Source: Candidatus Obscuribacteraceae bacterium (GTDB lineage: Bacteria; Cyanobacteriota; Vampirovibrionia; Obscuribacterales; Obscuribacteraceae). From it: a stretch of DNA of 64,000 bases. Position 1 is the first letter of the stretch; each line of letters starts with the position of its first letter. The notes below the pieces were generated by a model that made no database searches, had not been told where the DNA came from, and saw only the letters and a list, made by a program, of their open reading frames with translations. The position numbers and the translations under genes were made by a program. This document shows positions 29,663-39,310 of this stretch, one piece after another. The stretch covers positions 192,001 to 256,000 of the forward strand of contig JBGASG010000002.1 of the NCBI GenBank assembly GCA_044229845.1. Reading direction: 5' to 3'.

Positions 29663-29836
29663 AGCACGTGGTGACCCCACCCGCTTTTCCGCGTGCTGAT
29701 TCGCAACTACCGGTTTTACCCAGGTAGGCTGCGGAACCTTGTGCTGTCGCATCACCGCAACGCCCTCCGGCAGAGGGCGAAACCCGCTATGGCTGTCTGG
29801 TTGAACCACGGCAGCCCTGCCCTCTGCCGGCCGGCG
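29663..29836 (+). ncRNA. Candidate structured RNA / leader of unknown family
   Basis: Several hand-identified stems including 12-bp CCGGCAGAGGGC/GCCCTCTGCCGG; ends ~25 nt before the next start codon; strand inferred. Confidence 0.45.
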
Positions 29837-29861
29837 ATTTCCTACGCTAAGGAGAATTACC

Positions 29862-31622
29862 ATGACGGAAGTAGCGACGGCTCCACCATCTCCTCTATCT
29901 AAAGAAACTGCACAAGCTCTGGTAGCGTTACAGCAGGAGTTGCACGGTCACAAGCAGCAAGACGATGATCGCAGCTACCTCGGCAAAGCGTTCGATTGGG
30001 TCTATCGATCGGACGAGAAGTCGTATTCCGAGATGGAACGACTGGCAAACAAAGTCGATGCCAGCCTGAAGAACAATGACTTCGCCGCCGTCGAAAAGAT
30101 GCGCGACGAGATACGACAAGCAGTCGAACACGATCAAAAAGTACTGGGCAGACAAAACGACATCGCGTACTTCGGTTCGACCGGTTTGAAAATCGGTGCC
30201 CTATTCCTCGGTGGACCACTGGGATGGGGAGCGACTGCCGGTCTCTATATGTTGGATGCGGCGCGTCCTAAAGATTCCTACGGCATGCAGGCAGTCGATG
30301 CGGGTCTGGGATTAGCCAAGGGTCTGGCATTCAAAGGCTTGATCGGCGCCACCATGACCAGCCAACTGGCGCTGCCGTTCAAGGCCGGCATCATGAGTTT
30401 TGGCGGTCGGGCGCTGGATACTGCCCTCACCAGCCAAAACTATTACGATGCAAAAAACCAACAGTACAGTCTCTGGACAGGAGTGAAAGCAACCGGCGCG
30501 GAACTTACAGACGTTCGCCATCTGGCGATCGATGCAGCCGTTATGGGCACCGCCTATGTCGGCAGTCTGGCACTCACCAAAGTATTATCGATGCCGTCAA
30601 TAGCCGCCAGCCCGTTCTATACCCGCGTAGGCAGCAGCGCCATATCTGGTATCTCCCGTGGTGCCATAACCGAAATGGCGGCTTATGAGGCAGCCGGCGT
30701 TCCATACAACTGGTCGCGCATTCTCCAGCGTTCGCTGTTGACCGGCACCGTGTATGGACTGGCAGCGGTTCCAGGCGCATTGCAAGCCGAAGCAGCGGCA
30801 GCCCGCGCGTCGCACGATGACTCTCATCAGGGCGACGGACATGACGGCAACCAGTTTCAGTATCGCGAGTACAGAAAGTTAGGCACCGTCAAAGCCGAAC
30901 AGCTTCAGAAGCCGGCTGATTGGACGACTGCAAAAGGTGATGCAATGCACGGCGACGCCGGCGACTGGAAAGTGACCGGACCAGACGGCAGCACATGGAC
31001 AGTTAAGCCGGACATCTTCGCGCAGACTTACTCAGAAGTTTCCGGTTCGCCAGGCGTCTTTGCCAAGACAGCCATTACACGCGCACTGCAGCTGACCGGT
31101 CCGACGACCATCAAAACTCTGGAAGGAACCGGCACCGGCGACGCCGGCGACTATCTGGTAGTGGGTCCGAAAGGCGAACAATACATCGTTACCCAAGCAA
31201 AATTCGAATCGATGTATCAGGCGACCGGCACCACCACTCCGATACCTGACATGCAATTGTGGCAGAAACAAGGACAGGTGCAAGCAGAGCAACTGCAGAC
31301 CGACCTGACGTGGAAGTCCTCCAACGGTGACACGCTGCATGGTGAAGCCGGCGACTGGAAGCTCACCAGCCCCACGCGCGTGTGGACGGTGAAGCCGGAA
31401 ATATTTGCCAAGACGTACACGGAAGTTGCTCCAGGTGTATTCGAAAAAACTCTGCCTGCAAAAGCCGCTCCCATTACTGGACCGATGACTGTGCAAACCC
31501 GCGAGGGTGTCAGCAGCGGTGTCGCCGGCGACTATCTGGTGATTGGTCCGGACAACGATCCTTATATTGTTCCGAAAGCCGAATTCGAAGGCATGTACCT
31601 TCCCTACAAATCCAAAAGCTGA
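29862..31622 (+). CDS. Protein with hydrophobic Gly/Ala-rich N-terminal half and four PGDYG-like repeats
   Basis: AAGGAG RBS; repeats ..GD(W/Y)...G.....F...Y, e.g. TLEG..GDYLVVGPKGEQY. Confidence 0.75.
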   Translation: MTEVATAPPSPLSKETAQALVALQQELHGHKQQDDDRSYLGKAFDWVYRSDEKSYSEMERLANKVDASLKNNDFAAVEKMRDEIRQAVEHDQKVLGRQNDIAYFGSTGLKIGALFLGGPLGWGATAGLYMLDAARPKDSYGMQAVDAGLGLAKGLAFKGLIGATMTSQLALPFKAGIMSFGGRALDTALTSQNYYDAKNQQYSLWTGVKATGAELTDVRHLAIDAAVMGTAYVGSLALTKVLSMPSIAASPFYTRVGSSAISGISRGAITEMAAYEAAGVPYNWSRILQRSLLTGTVYGLAAVPGALQAEAAAARASHDDSHQGDGHDGNQFQYREYRKLGTVKAEQLQKPADWTTAKGDAMHGDAGDWKVTGPDGSTWTVKPDIFAQTYSEVSGSPGVFAKTAITRALQLTGPTTIKTLEGTGTGDAGDYLVVGPKGEQYIVTQAKFESMYQATGTTTPIPDMQLWQKQGQVQAEQLQTDLTWKSSNGDTLHGEAGDWKLTSPTRVWTVKPEIFAKTYTEVAPGVFEKTLPAKAAPITGPMTVQTREGVSSGVAGDYLVIGPDNDPYIVPKAEFEGMYLPYKSKS

Positions 31623-32339
31623 CTAACGCGGTTTGAGGCGCCGCCACTCTGAATTTTTCTGTTTCTGAAACTTCTGCAAATCTTTGCGGGTGATACCGTT
31701 GATATCAACACCGAGTTCATCGTTGCTGGAAGCCTCAATCTCGAAGTAATGAAACAGCAGGTGGCGGATCAATGTCTGCCCCTGCGAATCGATATTCAAG
31801 TTGAACAGAGCTTGACGCAATTCGCGCTCGTGGATGAAACCGTCGCCGTCGGCGTCGAGCTGCTCGAAATGGCGTTCGGCAGCTGCCACCAGATTTTCGG
31901 GACCGAGAATATCATGGATGGTACTCTGCAACTCGCGCGCACGCCTCACCATGTCGGACAGGCGCGGCGAGTTCTGGACGGACGGATCCAATCCCACTTC
32001 GAAGGCCTGCGCACAGACCTCCGCGGCTTCAGGCAAGGCACCGTTTCGTGCATAGAAACCAGCCAGTTGCATGCGCATACAGAAAGGAAACGACAACAAG
32101 TTTTGATAGGTCTGATGCAATTCATCAACACCGACGCCAGGCAAGCTTTCATATTTCGGGTCGGATGAATACTGTCCCAACTCCTTCTCGTAATCAGCCT
32201 TATATGTCGAAAGCGGCAAGGCATCAGCGACAGCAACAGCCTTCTTCAATTCAGTTTCTGCAGCGCGCAAATCGCCTTCCTCTTCCAGCGTGAAGGCACG
32301 CGTCAGGTGCGTGTGCGGATGCGCTTTTGTCTCGCTCAT
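31623..32339 (-). CDS. TPR-like + EF-hand protein
   Basis: DADGDGFIHERE canonical EF-hand loop. Confidence 0.7.
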   Translation of the reverse strand: MSETKAHPHTHLTRAFTLEEEGDLRAAETELKKAVAVADALPLSTYKADYEKELGQYSSDPKYESLPGVGVDELHQTYQNLLSFPFCMRMQLAGFYARNGALPEAAEVCAQAFEVGLDPSVQNSPRLSDMVRRARELQSTIHDILGPENLVAAAERHFEQLDADGDGFIHERELRQALFNLNIDSQGQTLIRHLLFHYFEIEASSNDELGVDINGITRKDLQKFQKQKNSEWRRLKPR

Positions 32340-32920
32340 TTGTCCTTCACTGGTGAGTCGATGGTTTTCAAAACACGCAGAGCTTCTGAAACATGCTCTT
32401 CCGCATTCATTAGAGAACGGTGCGCGAGGCGAACAGTCCCGTCTTTGTCGATGACAAACGTGACCCGGTCGTGCAGCAGTCCGCCTGCGGCTTTCGGGAT
32501 GCCGTAGAGTTTGCGAACCGAGCCGTCACGATCGGAAAGCAATCGGTACGGCAAGTTGCGTTTGCTGACAAATGCACGATGCGACTCCAGTGAATCGGCG
32601 CTGACGCCCAGGACCTCGGCGCCGGCATCGACAAATTGACTGTAGCTGTCGCGAATCAGGCAAGCTTCTTTTTTGCAAACAAGCTTGTCATCTTTTGGAT
32701 AGAAACAGAGGACCACAGCCTTCTTGCCGCGGAACTCTTTGAGCGAAACTGAGGTGCCGTCCTGTGCCGGCAGCGTAAAGTCGGGAGCCTGCTCGCCGAC
32801 TTGAACGAGCCCGTGTTTTTTCTCGGCGGTCGAGGCGCCCGTTGCGCCTGGCGATGTGACAGCCAGCGAGCCGGCGAGCAGAACCAGCGAAATCAGCCCG
32901 TTGAAGAACCTGCGCGACAT
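32336..32920 (-). CDS. bcp: Peroxiredoxin (BCP/PrxQ family), exported
   Basis: APDFTL, FYPKDDKLVCKKEAC, LLSD, RVTFVIDKDG. Confidence 0.85.
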   Translation of the reverse strand: MSRRFFNGLISLVLLAGSLAVTSPGATGASTAEKKHGLVQVGEQAPDFTLPAQDGTSVSLKEFRGKKAVVLCFYPKDDKLVCKKEACLIRDSYSQFVDAGAEVLGVSADSLESHRAFVSKRNLPYRLLSDRDGSVRKLYGIPKAAGGLLHDRVTFVIDKDGTVRLAHRSLMNAEEHVSEALRVLKTIDSPVKDK

Positions 32921-33057
32921 TGTGAAACTCCAGCAAACATGTCTATTTTACGACCTCGCGGAGCGAAAAGATATATGGGGTACCCCTTTTATGCCGGTGT
33001 GACCTAAGTCATCAATTGGTCACATGACCCAGCGCAACTCATTCCAATGCTGTTAGG

Positions 33058-34263
33058 ATGGCTCGCAGTACTTGGTTTGGATGGGGAAAGGAAAGCGTGT
33101 CCGGCGACATAGGGATCAAGTTTGGCGGCACTACTTTGAGTGTGGTGGCGCGCGCCGGTGGCTGTTACTTCGTGATCGGCGAAAATGATGATTGCGACGA
33201 AATACCTTCGGTGTTGGCTAACACGAGTAGCGGTCGACCTATTTACGGCAGCAGCGCCGAACAACAGATGTGGATCGACCGTACTCGCACAGTGCGCCCC
33301 ACCTACCGCGCCTGGGACACACTGCCATATCCGCCCGAAGCGATTACCTTATTTAGAGAAATCAGGAAGCAGATAGAAAAAAAGATCGGAGAAAGAGCTC
33401 CTGCGATTGTCGCAACCTGCCCCTTGTTTTTCGGGGACAGAGAACGGCAAGCGTTGAAAAACGCTATTCTTGAGTCGGGTTGGGATTGCCTTCGCATCAT
33501 CAATGAGTCGACCGCCGCAATCACTGCACTGCAACTGCACCAGGCAGGTTTTAGCGGTACAGAAAATACAATCCTGGTTGTAAAAGTTGGTGGCACCATG
33601 ACGTCATCAGCCGTTGTGGACTACAACGCGGAAGATGATTTTACGGAGGTGCAGTCCGAGGTGCACGACCTTGATCTCGGAGGCGAACAGTTTACCTACC
33701 GCATAATCGACCACCTGAGCGAAGAGTTTGTACGCGCCCACGGCGTCGATCCCAGGGGCACTCCTTATGCGATGCAGCGACTGTTTGATGCGGCGGAAAA
33801 AGCTAAACGCGCTCTTGGCACCGCCGATGATACCGCTATCTGGCTACCCAGCATCATCTCAACGCCAACTGGATCTCACGCTATTGAGGCTGACCTATCG
33901 CGCGCTCAGTTCGACGACATGACTGCGCCGCTGGTGCGCCGCATCGGTAAATTGGTTGAGCAATCAATGGTCGAAGCCGCTATCGCCCCAGACGAAGTCG
34001 ATGCAGTCCTGATCCTCGGCAGAGCTTCCCAAACGAAGGCGGTAAAGGCAGAGATAGTACGAGTTGCCGGACAGCAACCACTGCACACAGGCGACACCAA
34101 CACGCTGGCTGCGCATGGCGCATCTATTTTCGCCGGCAGGTTGGGCGGATTTGTGTGCGGCATGAGGTTGCTCGATGAAGACGAATTCTCGGACAGGTCG
34201 ACGAAATCTTCCGAGGCAGACGAACCCGAGGAAGAAGAGGATCCTGAAACCGATCACTGGTAG
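33058..34263 (+). CDS. Hsp70-family protein, nucleotide-binding domain only, degenerate
   Basis: RIINESTAA, LGGEQF, QRLFDAAEKAK; no substrate-binding domain; acidic tail. Confidence 0.8.
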   Translation: MARSTWFGWGKESVSGDIGIKFGGTTLSVVARAGGCYFVIGENDDCDEIPSVLANTSSGRPIYGSSAEQQMWIDRTRTVRPTYRAWDTLPYPPEAITLFREIRKQIEKKIGERAPAIVATCPLFFGDRERQALKNAILESGWDCLRIINESTAAITALQLHQAGFSGTENTILVVKVGGTMTSSAVVDYNAEDDFTEVQSEVHDLDLGGEQFTYRIIDHLSEEFVRAHGVDPRGTPYAMQRLFDAAEKAKRALGTADDTAIWLPSIISTPTGSHAIEADLSRAQFDDMTAPLVRRIGKLVEQSMVEAAIAPDEVDAVLILGRASQTKAVKAEIVRVAGQQPLHTGDTNTLAAHGASIFAGRLGGFVCGMRLLDEDEFSDRSTKSSEADEPEEEEDPETDHW

Positions 34264-34304
34264 AAGCGTGGACTGCGAAAGCGTGGACTGCGAAAGCGCG
34301 GACT
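34264..34304. repeat. 15-bp tandem repeat, ~2.7 copies
   Basis: AAGCGTGGACTGCGA x2 + AAGCGCGGACT. Confidence 0.85.
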
Positions 34305-34374
34305 ATCTGCGCAACTGAACGAGAGCAGTACTACTCTCGTTCGAGTTGTTATCATTCTAGTAGCGACCTACACG

Positions 34375-34749
34375 TTACGGGCGATACACCGCGTTGCCGG
34401 GGTAGTACCACTGTCCTTGACCTGGTGGATTCCATGTCCAGCCGCGGCCGGCGCCGCCGGCCGGACCGGGTTGGTTGTAGGTCCAATATGGACCGTGACC
34501 GGCTCCGCCCGCCAAACCAGGTGGATTGACGTGCGGGCGGTAGTTGACATAAGAGACACGTCCCGGACCTGGCGGGTTGTAGTTCCACCCGCGGCCCCAA
34601 CCGCCCGCGGCACCTGCCGGATTGCGGTGCCAATAACGACCATGTCCTATGCCACCAACCGGACCCGGCGGATTAATCGCATTCGCGTCAGGCAGCGAAA
34701 CGCTGGACCAGACTAAACCGAACGCGAGCAATGAGGTTAGCCATCTCAT
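34375..34749 (-). CDS. Small secreted Gly/Pro/aromatic repeat protein
   Basis: GGAGG RBS, signal peptide, NPPGxxGGxGxG repeats. Confidence 0.7.
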   Translation of the reverse strand: MRWLTSLLAFGLVWSSVSLPDANAINPPGPVGGIGHGRYWHRNPAGAAGGWGRGWNYNPPGPGRVSYVNYRPHVNPPGLAGGAGHGPYWTYNQPGPAGGAGRGWTWNPPGQGQWYYPGNAVYRP

Positions 34750-35144
34750 TGTATTTGCCTCCATTCTTTGTGTTGCTTTATACAGGTTGTCTTTTCGAAC
34801 GGTTGTTGACCGCTCCCTACCTAATACGTTCGACCCCCGCAAAAAGTTCAAAGGAATCGAAGGAAGTTCCTTTAATTTTTTGGCGGGGATGTCATACGCT
34901 CAACCGGAACTTGTTTCTTACTGAACCAATCAATGAATCCGCACGATGCGATAGATCGAGTGTTAATCGAATTCTCAGAGATCTGCATAAGGCTTCAGCG
35001 GATTCAGTAAGCGCGCTGGTGCAAATCTATATCGGCGCACATAATAGAAATATCGCCTGTGCTCCAACATGAAGAGCATACAAACTCGAAGGTAGAAAGA
35101 ACTGCTCTCCGAACTCGCATAGGCGGAACCTTTTATATTAGTCG

Positions 35145-36335
35145 TTATCGGTTCGGCAGTGTTTCGCGCAAGACGCGCATGGCATTGCCGCCCATCACTT
35201 TCCTAATTTCGTCGTCGGAAAATCTCTGTTCGATTAGTGCATCAGTTATAAGAATCAGTTGCGACGCATCGAACGGCATCGTTACAGCCCCATCGAAATC
35301 AGAACCCAGTGCCACGTGATCCACACCGACCAGATCGGCTGTATATCTGATCGCTTTCGCAATTGCGGTGGCATCCTCGCCGCAAACGGCAGTCGACCAG
35401 TAGCCGATACCGATGACGCCCCCGGTTTTGGCGATGCCGATCAATTGCTGATCCGACAGATTGCGGTCGTTGTCGCAGGTGCCTTTGACACCAGTGTGAG
35501 AAACAACGACCGGCCGGCTTGAAATTGCCAGAGTATCTCGAATGACGGCAGACGATGCATGCGCCAGATCGACGATCATGTTCTTAGCCTGCATGCGCTT
35601 CACCATCTCCTTCCCTTTGGCAGTTAGCCCCCCTTTCGAGAAGCCATGCGCCGACCCACCCATATCGCTGTCGAAAAAGTGCGACGGCGCCATCATGCGA
35701 ATCCCGTGATCGAAGAAGACATCCACGTTTTCTAAATTGCCTTCCAGACAATGCGCGCCTTCAACTCCCAGAAAACCGGCAGTAATGGAAGGGTTCGTTT
35801 CTCGACGTTTGAGATATCGGTTCAGGTCCTCCACACTCTTGATGATGGTGAACTTGCCATCCGAGCGCGCAGTCGCATCGTCGAGCTTCGCACACTGATA
35901 GAGCGCGCGCTCGCGCAAACTGCTCCATGTTTGAGGCGGCCACATTCCCAAAATCGCCAGAGCGGTGATGTCGTCGGTTTCTCCACTGTTGCTGTGTATG
36001 TTCATTTCGCGCGGCACCTTGGTGACGATCGTGAAGGCTTGCAGCGCAACGTTTCCTTCGATCAATCGCGGTATGTCCGCGTGCCCGCGGCTGTTTCTGC
36101 TAAGCAAATCGCGGTTCCACAAAAGTGAATCAGCATGCAGATCTACGATCAACAACGAAGCATGCAGTTTCTTCGCGCGTTCAGAAGGCGCATGCTCAGC
36201 AGCCACCGGCATGACTTTATTCAAGTGATCATCGATCTGCGCGGGTCCAAAAATCAAAGCCGCCGCCACTGCCAAAACGAGCATGACCGCTGCGACTTTG
36301 AGGATGTTCAAAAGTATTCCGCGCATGCTTTGCAT
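35145..36335 (-). CDS. Membrane dipeptidase (M19)
   Basis: DLHAD, GVEG, DLAH, SHTG, GSDFDG. Confidence 0.92.
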   Translation of the reverse strand: MQSMRGILLNILKVAAVMLVLAVAAALIFGPAQIDDHLNKVMPVAAEHAPSERAKKLHASLLIVDLHADSLLWNRDLLSRNSRGHADIPRLIEGNVALQAFTIVTKVPREMNIHSNSGETDDITALAILGMWPPQTWSSLRERALYQCAKLDDATARSDGKFTIIKSVEDLNRYLKRRETNPSITAGFLGVEGAHCLEGNLENVDVFFDHGIRMMAPSHFFDSDMGGSAHGFSKGGLTAKGKEMVKRMQAKNMIVDLAHASSAVIRDTLAISSRPVVVSHTGVKGTCDNDRNLSDQQLIGIAKTGGVIGIGYWSTAVCGEDATAIAKAIRYTADLVGVDHVALGSDFDGAVTMPFDASQLILITDALIEQRFSDDEIRKVMGGNAMRVLRETLPNR

Positions 36336-36372
36336 TCAGCTTTCGCCGACTAGCCTTGAGATTACAACCTCA

Positions 36373-37215
36373 CTAGTCAGCCGGCTTCACCAGGTTCATA
36401 ACCTGCTGGCAGACCTCGCGCGCGAGATCCGGCGGCAACGCCCCAATTTTTTCCACCACGCAGCTTTTGGGAAAAGAATAGACGACGGTGCATGCCACCA
36501 CCGAGTCATCCCTGATACCAGCTGCCTGTCCGGCGGCGCTGCTGGCACGAATTGCAATATCGAGCACGTCTGAGTGCATATCTTTGATGCGGATTTTTAC
36601 CGGCACCACAACGATCTTCTTGAGGCGTATGTTGCACTCGTCACTGGAGACGACGACCATAGGACGTTTCTTACTGCGAATCTTGCCGTCAAGATCGCGC
36701 GTGTCCTGCAAGATCAGCACCACATCACCCTGGCGGTAAGTGTGCGGATTTGGTGTCAAACGGGCTTCTTCGATGCGGCGCGCGCGCTGTTCGACAATTT
36801 CGCGACGCAGTGAATCGGCGCTGATACCCATGGCGGCCAGAATGGTGACACCGGAGCCACCACGCTCTTCCAGCAGTGCCAGCATCAGGCTCTCGCCGCT
36901 CACCTCATTTTCTTTGAGTGCGGAAGCATGCGCCGCTGCCCGTTCGAGAATCTTGTTGCAGCGAGACGTAAACGGAATTTCTTTGGGAGAGCCGGTGCCA
37001 CGCTCGATGAGATTTTCGCATTCCCGGCGCACACGTTCTTTAGTGACGCCGGCGGCTTTGAGTATCTTCGCTACTGGACCGCGGCTCTCCATGACGAACC
37101 CGACCAGCAGCAAGGCGGAACCGACCGTCGGGAGACGCAGTCGCCGCGCCTCATCCTTAGCCAGGAGAAAGACTCGTATGGCGTCATCGGTATACTTGTC
37201 AACCTTCTGACTCAT
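36373..37215 (-). CDS. Clp N-terminal domain fused to PemK/MazF-family domain
   Basis: AKDEARRL...IPFTSRCNKILERA...LMLALL Clp-N repeats; QGDVV...KKRPMVVVS...VVVP...DSVV...IGAL PemK pattern. Confidence 0.8.
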   Translation of the reverse strand: MSQKVDKYTDDAIRVFLLAKDEARRLRLPTVGSALLLVGFVMESRGPVAKILKAAGVTKERVRRECENLIERGTGSPKEIPFTSRCNKILERAAAHASALKENEVSGESLMLALLEERGGSGVTILAAMGISADSLRREIVEQRARRIEEARLTPNPHTYRQGDVVLILQDTRDLDGKIRSKKRPMVVVSSDECNIRLKKIVVVPVKIRIKDMHSDVLDIAIRASSAAGQAAGIRDDSVVACTVVYSFPKSCVVEKIGALPPDLAREVCQQVMNLVKPAD

Positions 37216-37331
37216 TACCCAAGCCGAAGAACCCACCCCAATATAGCCAATACACTACCATTTGGCAGACCGGACGACAACGAATTTCAGGCAGGCACCC
37301 ACCTTGGCAGCCGCCGCAATCGCCTGAATCC

Positions 37332-38765
37332 CTAGTGGGCAGTCATGCCTCGCATGGGCAGTTTTCCATCCGCTTTACTAGTCAGCGCCAGAAAGTCTTT
37401 GTCTTTGACGAGCGAATCAAACACACGATCGACGCGCGCTTCCATCATCTCTTCGGCGCGCACAGCATCGTTGGTTTCATACTCGTAAAAGTGGCGCTTG
37501 AGGAGCGCCAACGCCTTATCCTTCATACCGGCTTGCGCGTAGATCGCCGCCAGGTTGTAGCTGGCGGGAAGCAAGTGTTCGTGATCGTGCGCGATGCGCA
37601 AGGCTTCCTCGCGTCGTCCGTTTCCTGCCATGAACACTGCAGCGAACACACGATTGAAGGGATCATTCGGCGCCAACTTGAGGGCTTCGTCGATGTAAGA
37701 GTTGCACTGCTTGGGGTCGCCTTCGCTGTTCCAATAAACTGCCAGGTTGCGGCAAGTGAGCGCCAGCGGATACACCGTCAGCGACTCTTCCATCATCTTC
37801 TCGCCTTTAATGAACTCACCGTTGTGGATGGTGATTTTGCCCAGTCCATGCAATGCCACCGCGCGCGAGAGCGGATCCGAATCCATCGAGAGTATCTGGC
37901 GATAGATGCGGCTCGCCTCGTCCCAGTCGCCGATATCATGGCGATACAGCTCGGCGAGGAAACGCAGCGGCGCCGGATCTTGCGTATCCAGCTTGTGCGC
38001 CGCCTTATATAAGGATAGGGCACCGGCATAGTCTCCATTCTCTTCCTTATCCAATCCGGCCACGAGCGCTCGCCGGATTTTTTCACCGACCGCTTTGCTG
38101 AAGTTCGGCAGCTGCGACGGAATCTCTAAAGAAACATCATCGACGCCCAGTTTTTTCAACTCGGTTTGCGCCTGCTTGGCCAGCTGAGGAACCAGGCAGC
38201 GATGTTCCAGCACCGCGCGATAATCTCTGATCGCACCGTCCTTATCGCCGGCTTCTGCCTTAGTACGCGCCGTCTCCAGTTTTGCACGCAGCGACTCGCG
38301 TTGTTTATCAATTTCCGAGCGCAGCAAATTCTCGACATCGGCAAGCGCCCATTTGGGACCTTCCAATTTGCCGACCGTGGTGCCGTCACGCTGGCACAGC
38401 ACCACCAGCGGTGCGTGAGTAGCATCGGGGCAAAGCTCTGTTCCCAATGGTGACTTCAAGTCAGCCTCGCACATATCTATGCAGCGTCCGGAGAACAGCG
38501 ACAAGACGCGAGACACGCGCAGCGGCGATTGATCGTACTCGGCAGTCGAGGCAGGGATCCAATACAGAGTCATGCTGGCTTTCGAATTAGTATTGCGTTT
38601 GGTGATTTGCTTCCACGGCACATCGAAGATCTTGCCGCCGTTGAGTCCACCCATGCCACCACCACCGCCACCGCCGCAGGTGGCTTGAACAGCCAGCGGA
38701 GCCGCGCTTAAAGCAAGCGCAACCAGACCAGTTAAGATACGCCGACCCATCAATGGTCTCTTCAT
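37332..38765 (-). CDS. Secreted TPR protein
   Basis: Signal peptide, poly-Gly, TPR helices, YNLAAIYA. Confidence 0.8.
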   Translation of the reverse strand: MKRPLMGRRILTGLVALALSAAPLAVQATCGGGGGGGMGGLNGGKIFDVPWKQITKRNTNSKASMTLYWIPASTAEYDQSPLRVSRVLSLFSGRCIDMCEADLKSPLGTELCPDATHAPLVVLCQRDGTTVGKLEGPKWALADVENLLRSEIDKQRESLRAKLETARTKAEAGDKDGAIRDYRAVLEHRCLVPQLAKQAQTELKKLGVDDVSLEIPSQLPNFSKAVGEKIRRALVAGLDKEENGDYAGALSLYKAAHKLDTQDPAPLRFLAELYRHDIGDWDEASRIYRQILSMDSDPLSRAVALHGLGKITIHNGEFIKGEKMMEESLTVYPLALTCRNLAVYWNSEGDPKQCNSYIDEALKLAPNDPFNRVFAAVFMAGNGRREEALRIAHDHEHLLPASYNLAAIYAQAGMKDKALALLKRHFYEYETNDAVRAEEMMEARVDRVFDSLVKDKDFLALTSKADGKLPMRGMTAH

Positions 38766-38902
38766 AATTCAGTCCCCTGCTGATCAGTTTGCAACTCGGC
38801 AGATAGCCGCCAACTGAGCCATGATATCAGAAAACCGCTCTACTGTAGGAGCTTAGCGCATTGATTTACGTCATAGTAACCAGCGAAAGCGAGGTGAATC
38901 TT

Positions 38903-39220
38903 ATGAAGAAAGCAATAGTGACCACTCTTGCAGCCATGCTGCTCAGCTCATTAATTCCGGCTGCTGAGGCAAGAGATGGATGGCACCATGGCCGATTCGT
39001 AGGCTACCCGTACGGATATTATTCGCACAACTACCACCGCAGCAATGTTGGCAGACAAATCGGCTGGGGGCTCGCCGGTTTGGGTATTGGACTGGGACTG
39101 GGAGCACTGGCCGGTTCGCGTGATCGCGTGATCTACACTGAACCCGCACCGTTGTATACGAATGAATACGTCTATCCGTCGGGATATTCGGCCAGTTATG
39201 GCGATGGCTACTGGTACTAG
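38903..39220 (+). CDS. Small secreted Gly/Tyr-rich protein with glycine zipper
   Basis: GAGGTG RBS, signal peptide, GLAGLGIGLGLG. Confidence 0.7.
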   Translation: MKKAIVTTLAAMLLSSLIPAAEARDGWHHGRFVGYPYGYYSHNYHRSNVGRQIGWGLAGLGIGLGLGALAGSRDRVIYTEPAPLYTNEYVYPSGYSASYGDGYWY

Positions 39221-39310
39221 AACCAGAGCTGAGTGAAACAATTGAATAGTCCACGATGCGCGGCTCACCAATTATCTTGGCGAGCCGCGCTCCTTGTACG
39301 GGCGTGGTGC

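Noticed and set aside
34264..34304. CRISPR or regulatory repeat
   Set aside because: Head-to-tail tandem repeat without spacers; consistent with slippage
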